64,000 bases of DNA from Oscillospiraceae bacterium. GTDB lineage: Bacteria > Bacillota > Clostridia > Oscillospirales > Ruminococcaceae. Positions 38,791 to 49,444 of this stretch are shown in pieces; the first letter of the stretch is position 1, and each line of letters begins with the position of its first letter. Where the stretch lies: positions 874-64,873 of the forward strand of contig JAQXHC010000007.1 in the NCBI GenBank assembly GCA_029007035.1, read 5' to 3'. The translations under genes were made by a program, and so were the position numbers. A model generated the notes under the pieces. It worked only from the letters and a program-made list of their open reading frames with translations. It made no database searches and had not been told where the DNA came from.

Positions 38791-38945
38791 TAACTTGAAA
38801 ATATAGGGAATTGTGTACCAAATGTATACAGCAGAAGCTCCGTTTGCATCTGCATTACTGTCAAAGTACGTTCCCGACGGTTTTATTCCCGATTTTTATT
38901 TATTTTCTAAAATCCATTTATTATTTCAGAGAGGGGTTAATTCTA

Positions 38946-41465
38946 ATGATTAGTAAGAAGACTAAGGCACGTGCAGCAGCAGTCCTTGCAGCAGCAGTGT
39001 CAGCAACAGCAGTAGTTCCGTCACTTGCTACAGCTTTCGGTGCGTCAGCTGCACAGTCCGCTGCAACGGATGATACCTATGCAGGCAGATTTGCTGCACT
39101 TTATGACGACGTTGTAACAAACGGTCAGGCTAACGGTTATCTCAGCAAGAATACGAATAAAGGTTCTTTCGGTGAGTCCTTCGGTATTCCTTATCACTCA
39201 GTTGAAACTGTTATCTGTGAAGCTCCTGACTACGGTCATGAGACAACTTCCGAGGCTATGTCCTATATCGTTTGGATGGCTGCAATGAGAGATGTACTCG
39301 GCGCACAGGATACAAACGATCTTTCTGCTTCAAATGACCTCAAGAAAGCATGGTCAACTCTTGAAGCTGTTGTTCCCGGTTGGTCCACAGCTTCCAATGC
39401 TTCAGTTAATTACAAGAGCATCTGGAATCAGTCAAACGGACTTAAGGCAGACTCCGCTCCCGAGCTGGATACTCCTGAGGAATATCCTACTCACAACCAG
39501 GGCGGTGACGCTAAGAACCCGCTTTACAAGAGCTTCCAGTCGGCATATTCAAGCGATCAGGGCTACTACCTCATGCACTGGCTTGCTGACGTTGATGACT
39601 GGTATGGCTTCGGCGGCGGTAATGGTAATTTCACATTCATCAATACATTCCAGAGAGGACGTCAGGAATCCTGTTTCGAGACCGTTCCGCATCCTTGTCT
39701 TGAGGAACTTAAATACGGTAACTCATCTGACGGTATCAAGGGTATCTTCAACGGCGTAGGCAATGTTGCTCCGCAGTATGCTTTCACAAACGCACCTGAC
39801 GCTGAGGACCGTGCTATTCAGGCTGTAAACTTTGCAAACATCTGGGGCGCAGGAGATAAGGAAGTCTCCGCTCTCGCAGGTAAAATGGGTGACCAGTGCC
39901 GTAACGACATGTTCGATAAGTACTATAAGGCTATCGGCTGTCAGGATATCATGACTTCCGGTGTATCTGAGGCTGATGCTCTCAAGGGTCAGCACTTCCT
40001 TATGGCTTGGTATACGTCATGGGGCGGAGATCTTTCTTCACAGTATTCATGGGCATGGCAGATCGGCTGCTCGCACTCACATGAGTTCTATCAGAACCCG
40101 CTTGCTGCTTATGCACTCATTTATGATAATGATCTTAACGCAGGTATGAAGTCGTCTGGTGCTACAGATGACTATAAGACATCTCTCAAGAGACAGATCG
40201 AAATGTATCTCTGGCTCCAGTCAGCAGAGGGCCCGATCGGCGGCGGATGTACAAACTCACTTAACGGACGTTATGAAAAGTATCCTGCCGGTATGTCAAC
40301 ATTCTATGATATGGCATATGTTGCTCACCCTGTATATGCTGACCCGGGTTCAAACCACTGGATCGGTAACCAGGTATGGGCTATCCAGCGTCTTGCTGAG
40401 CTTTACTACTATGTAAAGATTAACGGCGATGCTACAAACGGCGCTAAGGACTTCGGCGGTCTTACACTTGAGGAAGCTCTTGAGACTATCCTTTCAAGAT
40501 GGATCGACTGGTTCATCAACAATATCAAGTGGGATACAGTTGATGACGACGGAAACGAAGTAAGATATATGATTCCTTCAAACCTCAGCTGGGGCGAAGT
40601 CGATGAAGACGGCGACGGTCAGGCTGATGACTGGTCATACAACCCGGATAACCAGCCGGCTACATGGACAGGAAAGTACAGCGCTACAGCTAACAATAAC
40701 TATCACTGTGAGATTACAAGCTATGGCTATTCAGACGTTGGATGTGTATCTTCACTCTGTAATACACTTATTTACTATGCTGCTGCCAATAAGGTAGATG
40801 CAGCTGCTGCTCAGAACGGCGGTAATTCACTTGCTGAAGAGTCACTCCTCACAGCCAATAAGCTCCTCACATATCAGTGGGATAATGCTCGTGATGACAT
40901 CGGTCTCTCATATGTTGAGCACAACGGAAGCCTTTCAAGACTCTTCACTCAGAGCGTTTACATTCCGAATAACTACACAGGAAAAATGCCTGACGGAAGC
41001 GTACTTGCTAACGGAGCAACTTTCGAGTCTATCCGTACTCAGTATAACAACGAAGCTAAGTTCCAGGAACTCAAGGCAGCTTATGAGTCAACAGGTTCAA
41101 CTGAGGATGTTGATCTTACCTACCACAGATTCTGGCACGCTGGCGATGCTGTTATGTCATACGGCGGAATGGCACTCCTCTTCCCTGAGGTTGAACCATA
41201 CGTAGACGGACAGCAGCCTACAACAGGAGATGATGAGGATCTCCTTTGGGGTGATGCTGATGACAACAAGGAAGTTAATATCAACGACGTTGTTGTAATC
41301 ATGTCTTATGCAAATGATGAGTCAAATGACTTTGTTAATGCAAAGGCTAAGAAGCAGGCAGATGTATTCAATAACGGCGACGGCGTTAACGCAAGTGACG
41401 CAGTATCTGTTCAGAAGTACCTTGCTAAGCTCCTTCCTGAGCTTCCTGAGTCCTATATGAAGTAA
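38946..41465 (+). CDS. GH48 cellobiohydrolase with C-terminal dockerin (cellulosomal Cel48)
   Basis: Signal peptide; GIPYHSVET, EAPDYGHETTSEA, MHWLADVDDWYGFG, FINTFQRG, YHRFW; dockerin WGDADDNKEVNIND...ADVFNNGDGVNASD. Confidence 0.95.
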   Translation: MISKKTKARAAAVLAAAVSATAVVPSLATAFGASAAQSAATDDTYAGRFAALYDDVVTNGQANGYLSKNTNKGSFGESFGIPYHSVETVICEAPDYGHETTSEAMSYIVWMAAMRDVLGAQDTNDLSASNDLKKAWSTLEAVVPGWSTASNASVNYKSIWNQSNGLKADSAPELDTPEEYPTHNQGGDAKNPLYKSFQSAYSSDQGYYLMHWLADVDDWYGFGGGNGNFTFINTFQRGRQESCFETVPHPCLEELKYGNSSDGIKGIFNGVGNVAPQYAFTNAPDAEDRAIQAVNFANIWGAGDKEVSALAGKMGDQCRNDMFDKYYKAIGCQDIMTSGVSEADALKGQHFLMAWYTSWGGDLSSQYSWAWQIGCSHSHEFYQNPLAAYALIYDNDLNAGMKSSGATDDYKTSLKRQIEMYLWLQSAEGPIGGGCTNSLNGRYEKYPAGMSTFYDMAYVAHPVYADPGSNHWIGNQVWAIQRLAELYYYVKINGDATNGAKDFGGLTLEEALETILSRWIDWFINNIKWDTVDDDGNEVRYMIPSNLSWGEVDEDGDGQADDWSYNPDNQPATWTGKYSATANNNYHCEITSYGYSDVGCVSSLCNTLIYYAAANKVDAAAAQNGGNSLAEESLLTANKLLTYQWDNARDDIGLSYVEHNGSLSRLFTQSVYIPNNYTGKMPDGSVLANGATFESIRTQYNNEAKFQELKAAYESTGSTEDVDLTYHRFWHAGDAVMSYGGMALLFPEVEPYVDGQQPTTGDDEDLLWGDADDNKEVNINDVVVIMSYANDESNDFVNAKAKKQADVFNNGDGVNASDAVSVQKYLAKLLPELPESYMK

Positions 41466-41479
41466 TTAAATGCAGAATT

Positions 41480-41510
41480 AAACCGCACGGTTTGCTCCGT
41501 GCGGTTTTTT
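41480..41510 (+). terminator. intrinsic terminator after GH48
   Basis: AAACCGCACGG/CCGTGCGGTTT plus T-tract. Confidence 0.85.
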
Positions 41511-41592
41511 ATTTGGAAAAGGGTTGCTTTTTTTGTGCAGAAGTGGTATAATAATAAAATAGAATAATTATGCACAGAAAGCAGGCGATAAA

Positions 41593-42471
41593 GTGCTCAG
41601 AAGCATGACAGGCTACGGCAGGTCGCAGAAAATTCTGAATGGACGCGACATTACCGTTGAGATACGTTCGGTGAATCACAGATATTACGAGTATACATCG
41701 AGAATCCCGAGAACTTACAGCTACATCGACGAAAAACTGAAAACCTTGCTTAAAACCATGATATCAAGGGGAAAAGTCGAGGCTGCTGTGACAATAAATA
41801 CAATTGAGGGAAAAGACTCGGTTATCCGCATAAACAAATGCGCTGCACAGGGTTATATCGACGCTCTCCGCGGAGCTGCCGATGAGCTTGGACTGGAGGA
41901 TAACCTCAAGCTTTCAAACCTGATAAGACTGCCGGATATTTTCAGCGTCCAGAAAGTTCCCGACGACGAGGAGCAAATCTGGGCGGATGTAGCGGAAACG
42001 GCATCCGAAGCTCTTGAGAGATTCATCGAGATGCGTACTGTTGAGGGCGAAAGACTTAAATCCGATGTTCTTGAAAAGGCAGATAATATTGAAAAAATGG
42101 TCGCAGAGGTTGAAAAAATCTCTCCCGAAACTGTCGAGAATTACCGTAACAGGCTTTATTCCAAGCTCTGTGAGGTGCTTGAAAGCAAGGATGTGGACGA
42201 GCAGCGGATTGTTACAGAGGCAGCAATTTTTGCCGACAAGGTAGCTGTGGATGAAGAGACAGTCCGTCTGAAAAGTCATATCTCACAGCTGAGAAATATG
42301 CTTGATTCCGGTGAGGCAGTCGGCAGAAAGCTTGACTTCATCGTTCAGGAAATGAACCGTGAAGTCAATACGATAGGCTCTAAATCACAGAATCTCAATA
42401 TCTCGCATCTCGTTGTTGATATGAAATCAGAGATTGAAAAAATCCGCGAGCAGATACAGAACATTGAGTAG
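41593..42471 (+). CDS. yicC: YicC/YloC-family endoribonuclease
   Basis: [42 protein letters not shown]. Confidence 0.95.
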   Translation: MLRSMTGYGRSQKILNGRDITVEIRSVNHRYYEYTSRIPRTYSYIDEKLKTLLKTMISRGKVEAAVTINTIEGKDSVIRINKCAAQGYIDALRGAADELGLEDNLKLSNLIRLPDIFSVQKVPDDEEQIWADVAETASEALERFIEMRTVEGERLKSDVLEKADNIEKMVAEVEKISPETVENYRNRLYSKLCEVLESKDVDEQRIVTEAAIFADKVAVDEETVRLKSHISQLRNMLDSGEAVGRKLDFIVQEMNREVNTIGSKSQNLNISHLVVDMKSEIEKIREQIQNIE

Positions 42472-42479
42472 GTGAGAGT

Positions 42480-42737
42480 ATGAAGCTGATAAACATAGGA
42501 TACGGTAACATGGTTTCGGCGGAGCGGATAGTAACGATCGTGAGTCCGGATTCCGCACCGATCAAAAGGCTGATTCAGGAATCAAGAGACGATGGCAGAG
42601 CTATTGACGCAACATATGGACGCAAGACCCGTGCGGTAATTATCATGGACAGCGGTCATGTAATTCTTTCGTCGCTGATTACCGATACGCTTGCCGCAAG
42701 AATTAACGGAATGGGAGGAAATGACGAAGATGAATAA
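42480..42737 (+). CDS. remA: RemA/DUF370 protein
   Basis: [29 protein letters not shown]. Confidence 0.9.
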   Translation: MKLINIGYGNMVSAERIVTIVSPDSAPIKRLIQESRDDGRAIDATYGRKTRAVIIMDSGHVILSSLITDTLAARINGMGGNDEDE

Positions 42738-43335
42738 AGGCAGACTCATCGTGCTTTCCGCACCGTCTGGCTGCGGAAAAGGAACAATGCTTGAACAGAT
42801 TTTAAAGGACGAAAGCTTTTTCTGTTCAATTTCCGCTACAACGCGTGCTCCGAGAGAGAACGAAATCGACGGAAAGAACTATTACTTTATTTCACGGGAA
42901 GAGTTCCGGAAGCTGATCGCCGAAAACGGAGTTCTTGAATATGCGGAATATTGCGGAAATTACTATGGCACTCCGCTTAAACCTGTAAATGAAATGCTTG
43001 AAAACGGGAAAAATGTTATCCTTGAAATCGAGGTTAAGGGTGCAATGAAGGTAAAAAAGCTTCGTCCCGATACATTGATGATTTTCATTCTTCCGCCGTC
43101 GGTTGCGGAACTTAGACGCCGTCTCAACAAGCGCGGTACTGAATCGGCAGAGGTTATTGAAGCAAGAGTCGCTGAGGCTGCCAGTGAGATTAAAATAGCT
43201 TCGCAGTATGACTATGTGATTGTAAACGATGCTCTTGAGGTCGCAGTTAACGACTTCAAAGCTATAATAAAGGCGGAATCGATGAAAACCGAGTTTGCCG
43301 GCGAATTAATTGATGAGGTGATAAAAAATGCTTAG
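42730..43335 (+). CDS. gmk: guanylate kinase
   Basis: [23 protein letters not shown]; start could also be 42721. Confidence 0.95.
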   Translation: MNKGRLIVLSAPSGCGKGTMLEQILKDESFFCSISATTRAPRENEIDGKNYYFISREEFRKLIAENGVLEYAEYCGNYYGTPLKPVNEMLENGKNVILEIEVKGAMKVKKLRPDTLMIFILPPSVAELRRRLNKRGTESAEVIEARVAEAASEIKIASQYDYVIVNDALEVAVNDFKAIIKAESMKTEFAGELIDEVIKNA

Positions 43336-43531
43336 ACCCGCAGTAAATCAGATAATTTCAAAAAATGAGAGCTGCTATTCGCTTGTACTTGCTGTTGCAA
43401 AGCGTGCAAGGGAAATTTCATCCGAGCTTTACGAAAATAACGAGATTCTTGAGGAAAAGCCCGTTAAGACCGCTGTCGAGGATATCGCGAGCGGCAGATA
43501 TAAAATAGTCTATAACGACAAGGCTGAATAA
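43328..43531 (+). CDS. rpoZ: RNA polymerase omega subunit
   Basis: YSLVLAVAKRAREI, KPVKTA; follows gmk. Confidence 0.92.
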   Translation: MLRPAVNQIISKNESCYSLVLAVAKRAREISSELYENNEILEEKPVKTAVEDIASGRYKIVYNDKAE

Positions 43532-43532
43532 T

Positions 43533-45983
43533 ATGCCGCTTATTGCCGAGGTAGCTGTCAGTAATACAGCATATTCATTCGATATGCTGTTCAGTTACGG
43601 TGTGCCGGAATCAATGGCATCAGAGCTGAAACCCGGATGCCGTGTTCTGATACCTTTCGGAAGACAGGACAAGCCGCGAACAGGCATTGTTATGAAAACA
43701 TCAGTGGGCGAAATCTCCTGTCTGAAGGCGGTTTCGGAGCTTATCGACTCTGAACCTGCCTTGTCGGAGGAACTGCTGAAGCTTGCTGTTTATGTCAGAG
43801 AGAACACATTCTGTACCTATTTTGAGGCGGTAAAGGCTATGCTCCCTCCTGCGATGAGTATTTCGGTAAGCGAGAAATATGAGCTTTCGGATAATTTCTG
43901 CGGCTATGACGGGTTGAGTCCGGATGCTGCGAGGCTGCTGGATGCGTTGAGAGCCGTTGAAAAGAGCAGGGATTTTAATGAGATCTGCAAATCTGCGGCA
44001 TCTTCGGGCGGACGTAAACTGCTCAATGAGCTGTGTGCCTGCGGAGCTTTGATTTCTGATAATGTTTTACGGCAGGCAGCAGGCGACGCTTCTGTCAGAA
44101 TGATACGGCTCAGCGACCGATATATCGCGGATTCATCCGGATTTAAGCTGACGCCGAAACAGAAAAAAGCTGCTGATTTTCTTGCCGAATGCGGATGTGC
44201 TTCGTTAAAGGAGACCGCATATATGTGCGGGATTACCGCTGCGGTTCTTACAAGACTGGTGGCATCAGGAGCGGCTGAAGAGTATGATGCCGAGGTTTTG
44301 CGTGCAGTAGAGGGCGAAACCGATGAAAAAAGGCGAATTGATGACGTGATTCTTTCCGAAGAACAGGAGGCTGTACGCGGCGAGGTGCTGAGCGTTCTCC
44401 GCCAGCGCAGACCTAAGGTTTTTCTCCTCCAGGGAGTTACCGGAAGCGGAAAGACTTCTGTTTTCGAGAGACTCATCGCCGATACCATTGAAATGGGACG
44501 AAGCGCGCTGCTGATGATACCGGAAATCGGACTTACACCGCAGATTTTAAGAAGATTCCGTGCGCTTTTCGGAGACGAGGTCGCTGTTATTCACAGCGGA
44601 CTTACGCTCGGTCAGCGCCTTGACGAATACAAACGGATAAAGCGCGGCGATGCGAAAATCGTTATCGGTACAAGAAGCGCAGTTTTTGCTCCCCTTGAAA
44701 ATATAGGACTTATTGTAATGGACGAAGAGGGAGAACGTACTTATAAATCCGAAAGTGCGCCAAGATACTCTGCCTGTGACATTGCCAAGCAGAGATGCGC
44801 TCATCACGGAGCGGTGCTTCTTCTTGCATCGGCGACTCCGTCGATTGAAAGCCGGTATCTTGCGGAAAAGGGCAGCTACAGCCTGCTTCGTCTGACGAAA
44901 AGATACAGTTCAAACCCGCTTCCCGAGGTTGAAATAATCGACATGAATGAGGAGCGGCAGAGCGGCAACAGGTCTGAATTCAGCCGGCGGCTCAAGGAGG
45001 AAATCGACCGCAATCTCCGGTGCGGCGAACAGACGATTCTTTTGCTTAACCGACGCGGATACCACACGATCATAAGCTGCTGCGACTGCTTCAGACCCGT
45101 TTATTGTCCGAATTGTTCTGTGCCTATGACCTATCACAAGGCGAACGGCATGATGATGTGTCACTACTGCGGCTGTGTCTCCGAGCCGGTGAAAATATGC
45201 CCGTCATGCGGCTCTGACAGGCTGAAAAGTATGGGTTTCGGGACTCAGCGTCTTGAAGAAGAACTCGAAATGTTCTTTCCCTCCGCGAGAATCCTCAGAA
45301 TGGATGCGGACACAGCTTTTTCCCGATATTCCTATGAAAAAAACTTTAATGCGTTCCGCAGGGGCGACTATGATATAATGATAGGCACACAGATGATCGG
45401 CAAGGGACTGGACTTCCCGAAAGTTACCCTTGTTGGGGTGCTGTCAGTGGATAAGGCACTGTATGCCGGAGATTTCCGCAGCTACGAGCGGACTTTTTCG
45501 CTGATAACTCAGGTTGTCGGACGGAGCGGACGCGGCTCGGCTTCGGGCAGAGCTCTTCTTCAGACATTTATTCCGGACCATTATGTAATGAACCTCGCCG
45601 CCCAGCAGGATTACGACGCATTCTACCGTGAGGAAATTACGATCCGGCGTGCAATGGTATTTCCGCCGATTTGTGATATGTGTGTATTCTGTTTCTCGGG
45701 AATTGACGAAGAATCGGTAAAAAACGGTTCTTATGCGGTTCTTGGACTGATGAATGTGCGGCTTCGGGAACTGTGCCCGAAAACTCCCGTTCGTGTACTC
45801 GGACCGGTGAAATGCTCATACGGACGGATTAACGGAAAATTCCGCTACAGAATCATTATGAAATGTAAAAACAACAGCGAAATGCGCGGTTTTATTTCCG
45901 AAATACTCGTGGCAGGCGCAGGACTCCCTGAAATGAAGAGAGTGTCGCTGTATGCCGATATGAACGGCGATACCGGTGTCTGA
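43533..45983 (+). CDS. priA: primosomal protein N'
   Basis: GVTGSGKT, PEIGLTPQ, LNRRGY, Cys cluster, GTQMIGKGLDF. Confidence 0.96.
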   Translation: MPLIAEVAVSNTAYSFDMLFSYGVPESMASELKPGCRVLIPFGRQDKPRTGIVMKTSVGEISCLKAVSELIDSEPALSEELLKLAVYVRENTFCTYFEAVKAMLPPAMSISVSEKYELSDNFCGYDGLSPDAARLLDALRAVEKSRDFNEICKSAASSGGRKLLNELCACGALISDNVLRQAAGDASVRMIRLSDRYIADSSGFKLTPKQKKAADFLAECGCASLKETAYMCGITAAVLTRLVASGAAEEYDAEVLRAVEGETDEKRRIDDVILSEEQEAVRGEVLSVLRQRRPKVFLLQGVTGSGKTSVFERLIADTIEMGRSALLMIPEIGLTPQILRRFRALFGDEVAVIHSGLTLGQRLDEYKRIKRGDAKIVIGTRSAVFAPLENIGLIVMDEEGERTYKSESAPRYSACDIAKQRCAHHGAVLLLASATPSIESRYLAEKGSYSLLRLTKRYSSNPLPEVEIIDMNEERQSGNRSEFSRRLKEEIDRNLRCGEQTILLLNRRGYHTIISCCDCFRPVYCPNCSVPMTYHKANGMMMCHYCGCVSEPVKICPSCGSDRLKSMGFGTQRLEEELEMFFPSARILRMDADTAFSRYSYEKNFNAFRRGDYDIMIGTQMIGKGLDFPKVTLVGVLSVDKALYAGDFRSYERTFSLITQVVGRSGRGSASGRALLQTFIPDHYVMNLAAQQDYDAFYREEITIRRAMVFPPICDMCVFCFSGIDEESVKNGSYAVLGLMNVRLRELCPKTPVRVLGPVKCSYGRINGKFRYRIIMKCKNNSEMRGFISEILVAGAGLPEMKRVSLYADMNGDTGV

Positions 45984-46052
45984 TACGACCGCTTTAACAG
46001 GTATTAAATATACAATTTTACATATATTATAACAGGAAAGGACTGCAATAAA

Positions 46053-46520
46053 ATGGCACTGAGAAAAATCCTTACGGACCGCGACCCTGTGCTTCACAAG
46101 GTATGCCGACCCGTTGAAAAATTTGACGATAAGCTTGCTCAGCTTCTTGACGATATGCACGATACGCTCGACAAGGCGCAGGGGGTAGGACTTGCAGCTC
46201 CGCAGGTCGGAGTATGCAGACGGATTTTCATTATGCACCTCGACGAAGAAACTGTTGTTGAAGCCATAAATCCCGAGGTTTCATGCATGAAAGGCACACA
46301 GAGAGTCCTTGAGGGATGTCTGTCGTGTCCGGATAAATGGGGGTATGTAAGACGTCCGAAGAGGTGTGTGTTAAGGGCGCAGGATAGAAACGGAGAGTGG
46401 TTCGAGCGCGAATTTACCGATCTCGGAGCTCAGTGTACCTGTCACGAGAACGATCACCTTGACGGTCATGTATTTACGGAAATTGTTGAGGAATTTGTAA
46501 GACCGGACGAGGTGGAATAA
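46053..46520 (+). CDS. def: peptide deformylase
   Basis: GVGLAAPQVG, EGCLS, HENDHLDG. Confidence 0.96.
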   Translation: MALRKILTDRDPVLHKVCRPVEKFDDKLAQLLDDMHDTLDKAQGVGLAAPQVGVCRRIFIMHLDEETVVEAINPEVSCMKGTQRVLEGCLSCPDKWGYVRRPKRCVLRAQDRNGEWFEREFTDLGAQCTCHENDHLDGHVFTEIVEEFVRPDEVE

Positions 46521-46521
46521 C

Positions 46522-47454
46522 ATGAAAATTGTATTTATGGGAACCCCCGAATTTGCTGTGCCGTGTCTGCGGACTCTTGTGGAAATCGGCAGAAAGCCGT
46601 CGGTGGTGTTCACTCAGCCCGATAAGCCCAAGGGACGCGGTTATAAGCTTATACCCACCCCCGTAAAAGCGGCAGCAGAGGAATACGGCATTCCCGTTTA
46701 TCAGCCTCTTTCGCTCCGAAAGGGGGAAGATGCTGAGGAATCGTTAAAAATTTTGAATGATATTGCTCCCGACCTGATTGTCGTTACAGCTTACGGACAG
46801 ATTCTTCCGAAAGAAATATTGGAGCTTCCGAAGTATGGCTGCATAAATATCCACGCTTCGCTGCTGCCTGCCTATCGGGGAGCTGCTCCGATAAACTGGT
46901 GTATACTCAACGGTGAAAAAGTTACGGGAGTAACTTCGATGCTTATGGACGTTGGACTCGACACAGGCGATATGCTGATTAAAAAAAGCACGGAGATCGG
47001 CGAAAACGAGACGTATACCGAGCTGTACGGACGCCTTTCCGAAATGGGCGGAGAGGTTCTTGCGGAAACCATTTCGGCTCTTGAAAATGGAAGCCTGCCC
47101 CGTGAAAAGCAGGATGATTCTCTCAGCAGCTATTCTCCGATGATTCAAAAGGAAATGAGCCGCCTTGATTTCACAAAAAGCGCGGCTGAAATCCACAATA
47201 TTATCCGCGGAGTAACAGGCTTTACAAGTCTTGGCGGAAAGCGTCTGAAAGTATTCAAATCGAAAATTTCGGACTATATTGCTCCCGAAGCAAAGGACGG
47301 GGAGATTATCAAATCCGCTGATTTTTCCGTGAAATGCGGAGACGGCAGGGCAGTGACCTTCACCGAGGTTCAGCTCGAGGGCAGCAAACGAATGAAAACA
47401 GAGGACTTCCTGCGGGGCAAAAAGCTCGAAAACGGGACAGTCCTCGGCGAATGA
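46522..47454 (+). CDS. fmt: methionyl-tRNA formyltransferase
   Basis: FMGTPEFA, TQPDKPKGRG, NIHASLLP, GLDTGD. Confidence 0.96.
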   Translation: MKIVFMGTPEFAVPCLRTLVEIGRKPSVVFTQPDKPKGRGYKLIPTPVKAAAEEYGIPVYQPLSLRKGEDAEESLKILNDIAPDLIVVTAYGQILPKEILELPKYGCINIHASLLPAYRGAAPINWCILNGEKVTGVTSMLMDVGLDTGDMLIKKSTEIGENETYTELYGRLSEMGGEVLAETISALENGSLPREKQDDSLSSYSPMIQKEMSRLDFTKSAAEIHNIIRGVTGFTSLGGKRLKVFKSKISDYIAPEAKDGEIIKSADFSVKCGDGRAVTFTEVQLEGSKRMKTEDFLRGKKLENGTVLGE

Positions 47455-47470
47455 AAGTGAGGTAAATATT

Positions 47471-48133
47471 ATGATGTTGTATTGGCTTTTTATTTTGATT
47501 ATTCCGCTTCTTGCGTCGCTGAATGTAAAACTTACGTACGATAAGTACTCAAGGGTACGCAACAGCCGCGGACTGACCGCCGATGAGGTAGCACGAAAAA
47601 TTCTCGACAGCAATGGTCTTTATTATGTCAGAATCGAGCGGATCAGCGGTAATCTGACCGACCATTTCGACCCGACGGCTAATGTTATCCGCCTTTCCGA
47701 TTCTGTTTACGGCAAGCAGGGAATTGCCGCAATCGGTGTAGCTGCTCATGAATGCGGTCATGCGGTTCAGCACGCGGAGGAATATTCGCCCGTTACAATC
47801 AGAACAAAAATGGTTCCGATCACCAATCTTTGCTCGAGAATTTCATATATTCTCGTTCTCATCGGAATTATTCTCAGCTTCAATCCGATTCTCATCAATA
47901 TCGGAATTATCCTGTTTCTCGCGGTTGTGGCATTCCAGTTCATCACGCTGCCCGTTGAGTTCAATGCAAGCGACAGAGCGCTGAAAACCCTTGAGAACGA
48001 CGGAATTCTTGAAAGCAGTGAAATTCCTGCCGCGAAAAAGGTTCTCACAGCCGCTGCACTTACCTATGTTGTTGCTCTTCTTACCTCGATATTCCAGCTT
48101 CTCAGACTCATTGCAATGTCGAGGAGACGGTAA
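47471..48133 (+). CDS. YugP-like membrane zinc metallopeptidase
   Basis: LTDHFDP, AAHECGHA, TLPVEFNAS, AAALTYV. Confidence 0.9.
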   Translation: MMLYWLFILIIPLLASLNVKLTYDKYSRVRNSRGLTADEVARKILDSNGLYYVRIERISGNLTDHFDPTANVIRLSDSVYGKQGIAAIGVAAHECGHAVQHAEEYSPVTIRTKMVPITNLCSRISYILVLIGIILSFNPILINIGIILFLAVVAFQFITLPVEFNASDRALKTLENDGILESSEIPAAKKVLTAAALTYVVALLTSIFQLLRLIAMSRRR

Positions 48134-49440
48134 TGGATAATCCGAGGTATCTTGCAGCTGAGCTTCTTACAAAGACCTTTCGCAGCGGCAGCTACTCAAA
48201 TATAATGCTGTCCAACTGCCTCGGCTCATCGGATATGAGTGACCGTGATAAACGGCTGTGTTCCGCGATTTATTACGGTGTGATCCAGCGTAAAATCACA
48301 CTCGACCACGTCATCGGCGGACTCTGCTCGCGCAGTATCGATAAGCTTGATGACAGCGTGCTGAATATACTGCGGTGCGGAATTTATCAGCTGCTTTATA
48401 TGGACAGCGTTCCGGACAGCGCGGCAGTCAACGAAAGTGTCCGGCTTGCTGCCGGTTTCGGAAAAAAGAGCGCGTCGGGAATGATAAATGCGGTTCTTCG
48501 TGAGTTTATCCGCCGCGACAAGTGCTTTCCCGTGCCAATGGATTTCATTCATTCATCACGGATAATGTATTCCGCACCAGAATGGCTGGTGGACAGTCTT
48601 GCAGCGGATTACGGAATAGAGCCGATGATAGACCTGCTCAGTAATTCTGTTGAAAAAGCTCCGGTCACAATCAGAATGAATCCGACAGTATGCAGCGAAG
48701 ATGAGCTGATTTGTTCTCTTGGCGGCATATCGATGCAAAAGGACGATAAAATTCCTTATTGCTTTGAAATCGGCAGTGGTTCGGCGGTAAATTCAGAAGC
48801 TTTTGAAAAGGGATATTTTCACGTTCAGGACAGAGCATCGCAGCTTTGCTGCATGGCGCTGAATCCGACGGAGAATGACCGGGTTCTTGACATTTGCGCG
48901 GCTCCCGGAGGAAAAACCTTTACGATGGCTGAGATGATGAACGGCAAAGGAGAGCTTTATGCTTTCGACCTTCACGAAAAGCGCGTCGGACTTATCAGAA
49001 ACGGCGCTGAACGTCTGCATCTTAAAAATATTCATGCGGCGGCAGGCGACGCATCGGTGTTCAATCCTGATTTACCGCGGTTTAATAAAATCCTGTGTGA
49101 TGTGCCGTGTTCAGGAATCGGAGTGATTCGCCGCAAACCCGAGATAAAATACAAGGACGAAGCTGATTTTGAAAAGCTTCCGGAAATTCAGTACAGAATC
49201 CTTGAAAATGCTCTTAATTACCTCGAAACAGGAGGAGAGCTTGTCTATTCGACGTGTACGCTCCGCCGCAGAGAAAATGACGAGGTGATCGGAAATCTCC
49301 TTGAAAATCATCCGGAGCTTGAACCGATGAGCTTCCTTACCGGGCTCGGAGAGCCGTTTGGCAGCTTCACTGCAAGCATTTTCCCGAAGCATTTCGGCAG
49401 CGACGGTTTCTTTATTTCAAAGGTTAGAAAAGTCAGGTGA
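48133..49440 (+). CDS. rsmB: 16S rRNA m5C967 methyltransferase
   Basis: NusB-like N-terminus; DICAAPGGKT, DVPCSG, YSTCT. Confidence 0.93.
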   Translation: MDNPRYLAAELLTKTFRSGSYSNIMLSNCLGSSDMSDRDKRLCSAIYYGVIQRKITLDHVIGGLCSRSIDKLDDSVLNILRCGIYQLLYMDSVPDSAAVNESVRLAAGFGKKSASGMINAVLREFIRRDKCFPVPMDFIHSSRIMYSAPEWLVDSLAADYGIEPMIDLLSNSVEKAPVTIRMNPTVCSEDELICSLGGISMQKDDKIPYCFEIGSGSAVNSEAFEKGYFHVQDRASQLCCMALNPTENDRVLDICAAPGGKTFTMAEMMNGKGELYAFDLHEKRVGLIRNGAERLHLKNIHAAAGDASVFNPDLPRFNKILCDVPCSGIGVIRRKPEIKYKDEADFEKLPEIQYRILENALNYLETGGELVYSTCTLRRRENDEVIGNLLENHPELEPMSFLTGLGEPFGSFTASIFPKHFGSDGFFISKVRKVR

Positions 49441-49444
49441 TAAA

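Noticed and set aside
38811-38945. 45-aa N-terminal extension of GH48 in the ORF track
   Set aside because: The signal peptide and SD point to ATG 38946, so the extension is 5' UTR. Similar over-extensions were trimmed for dprA, rnc, rlmN, the phosphatase, efp and the SBP.
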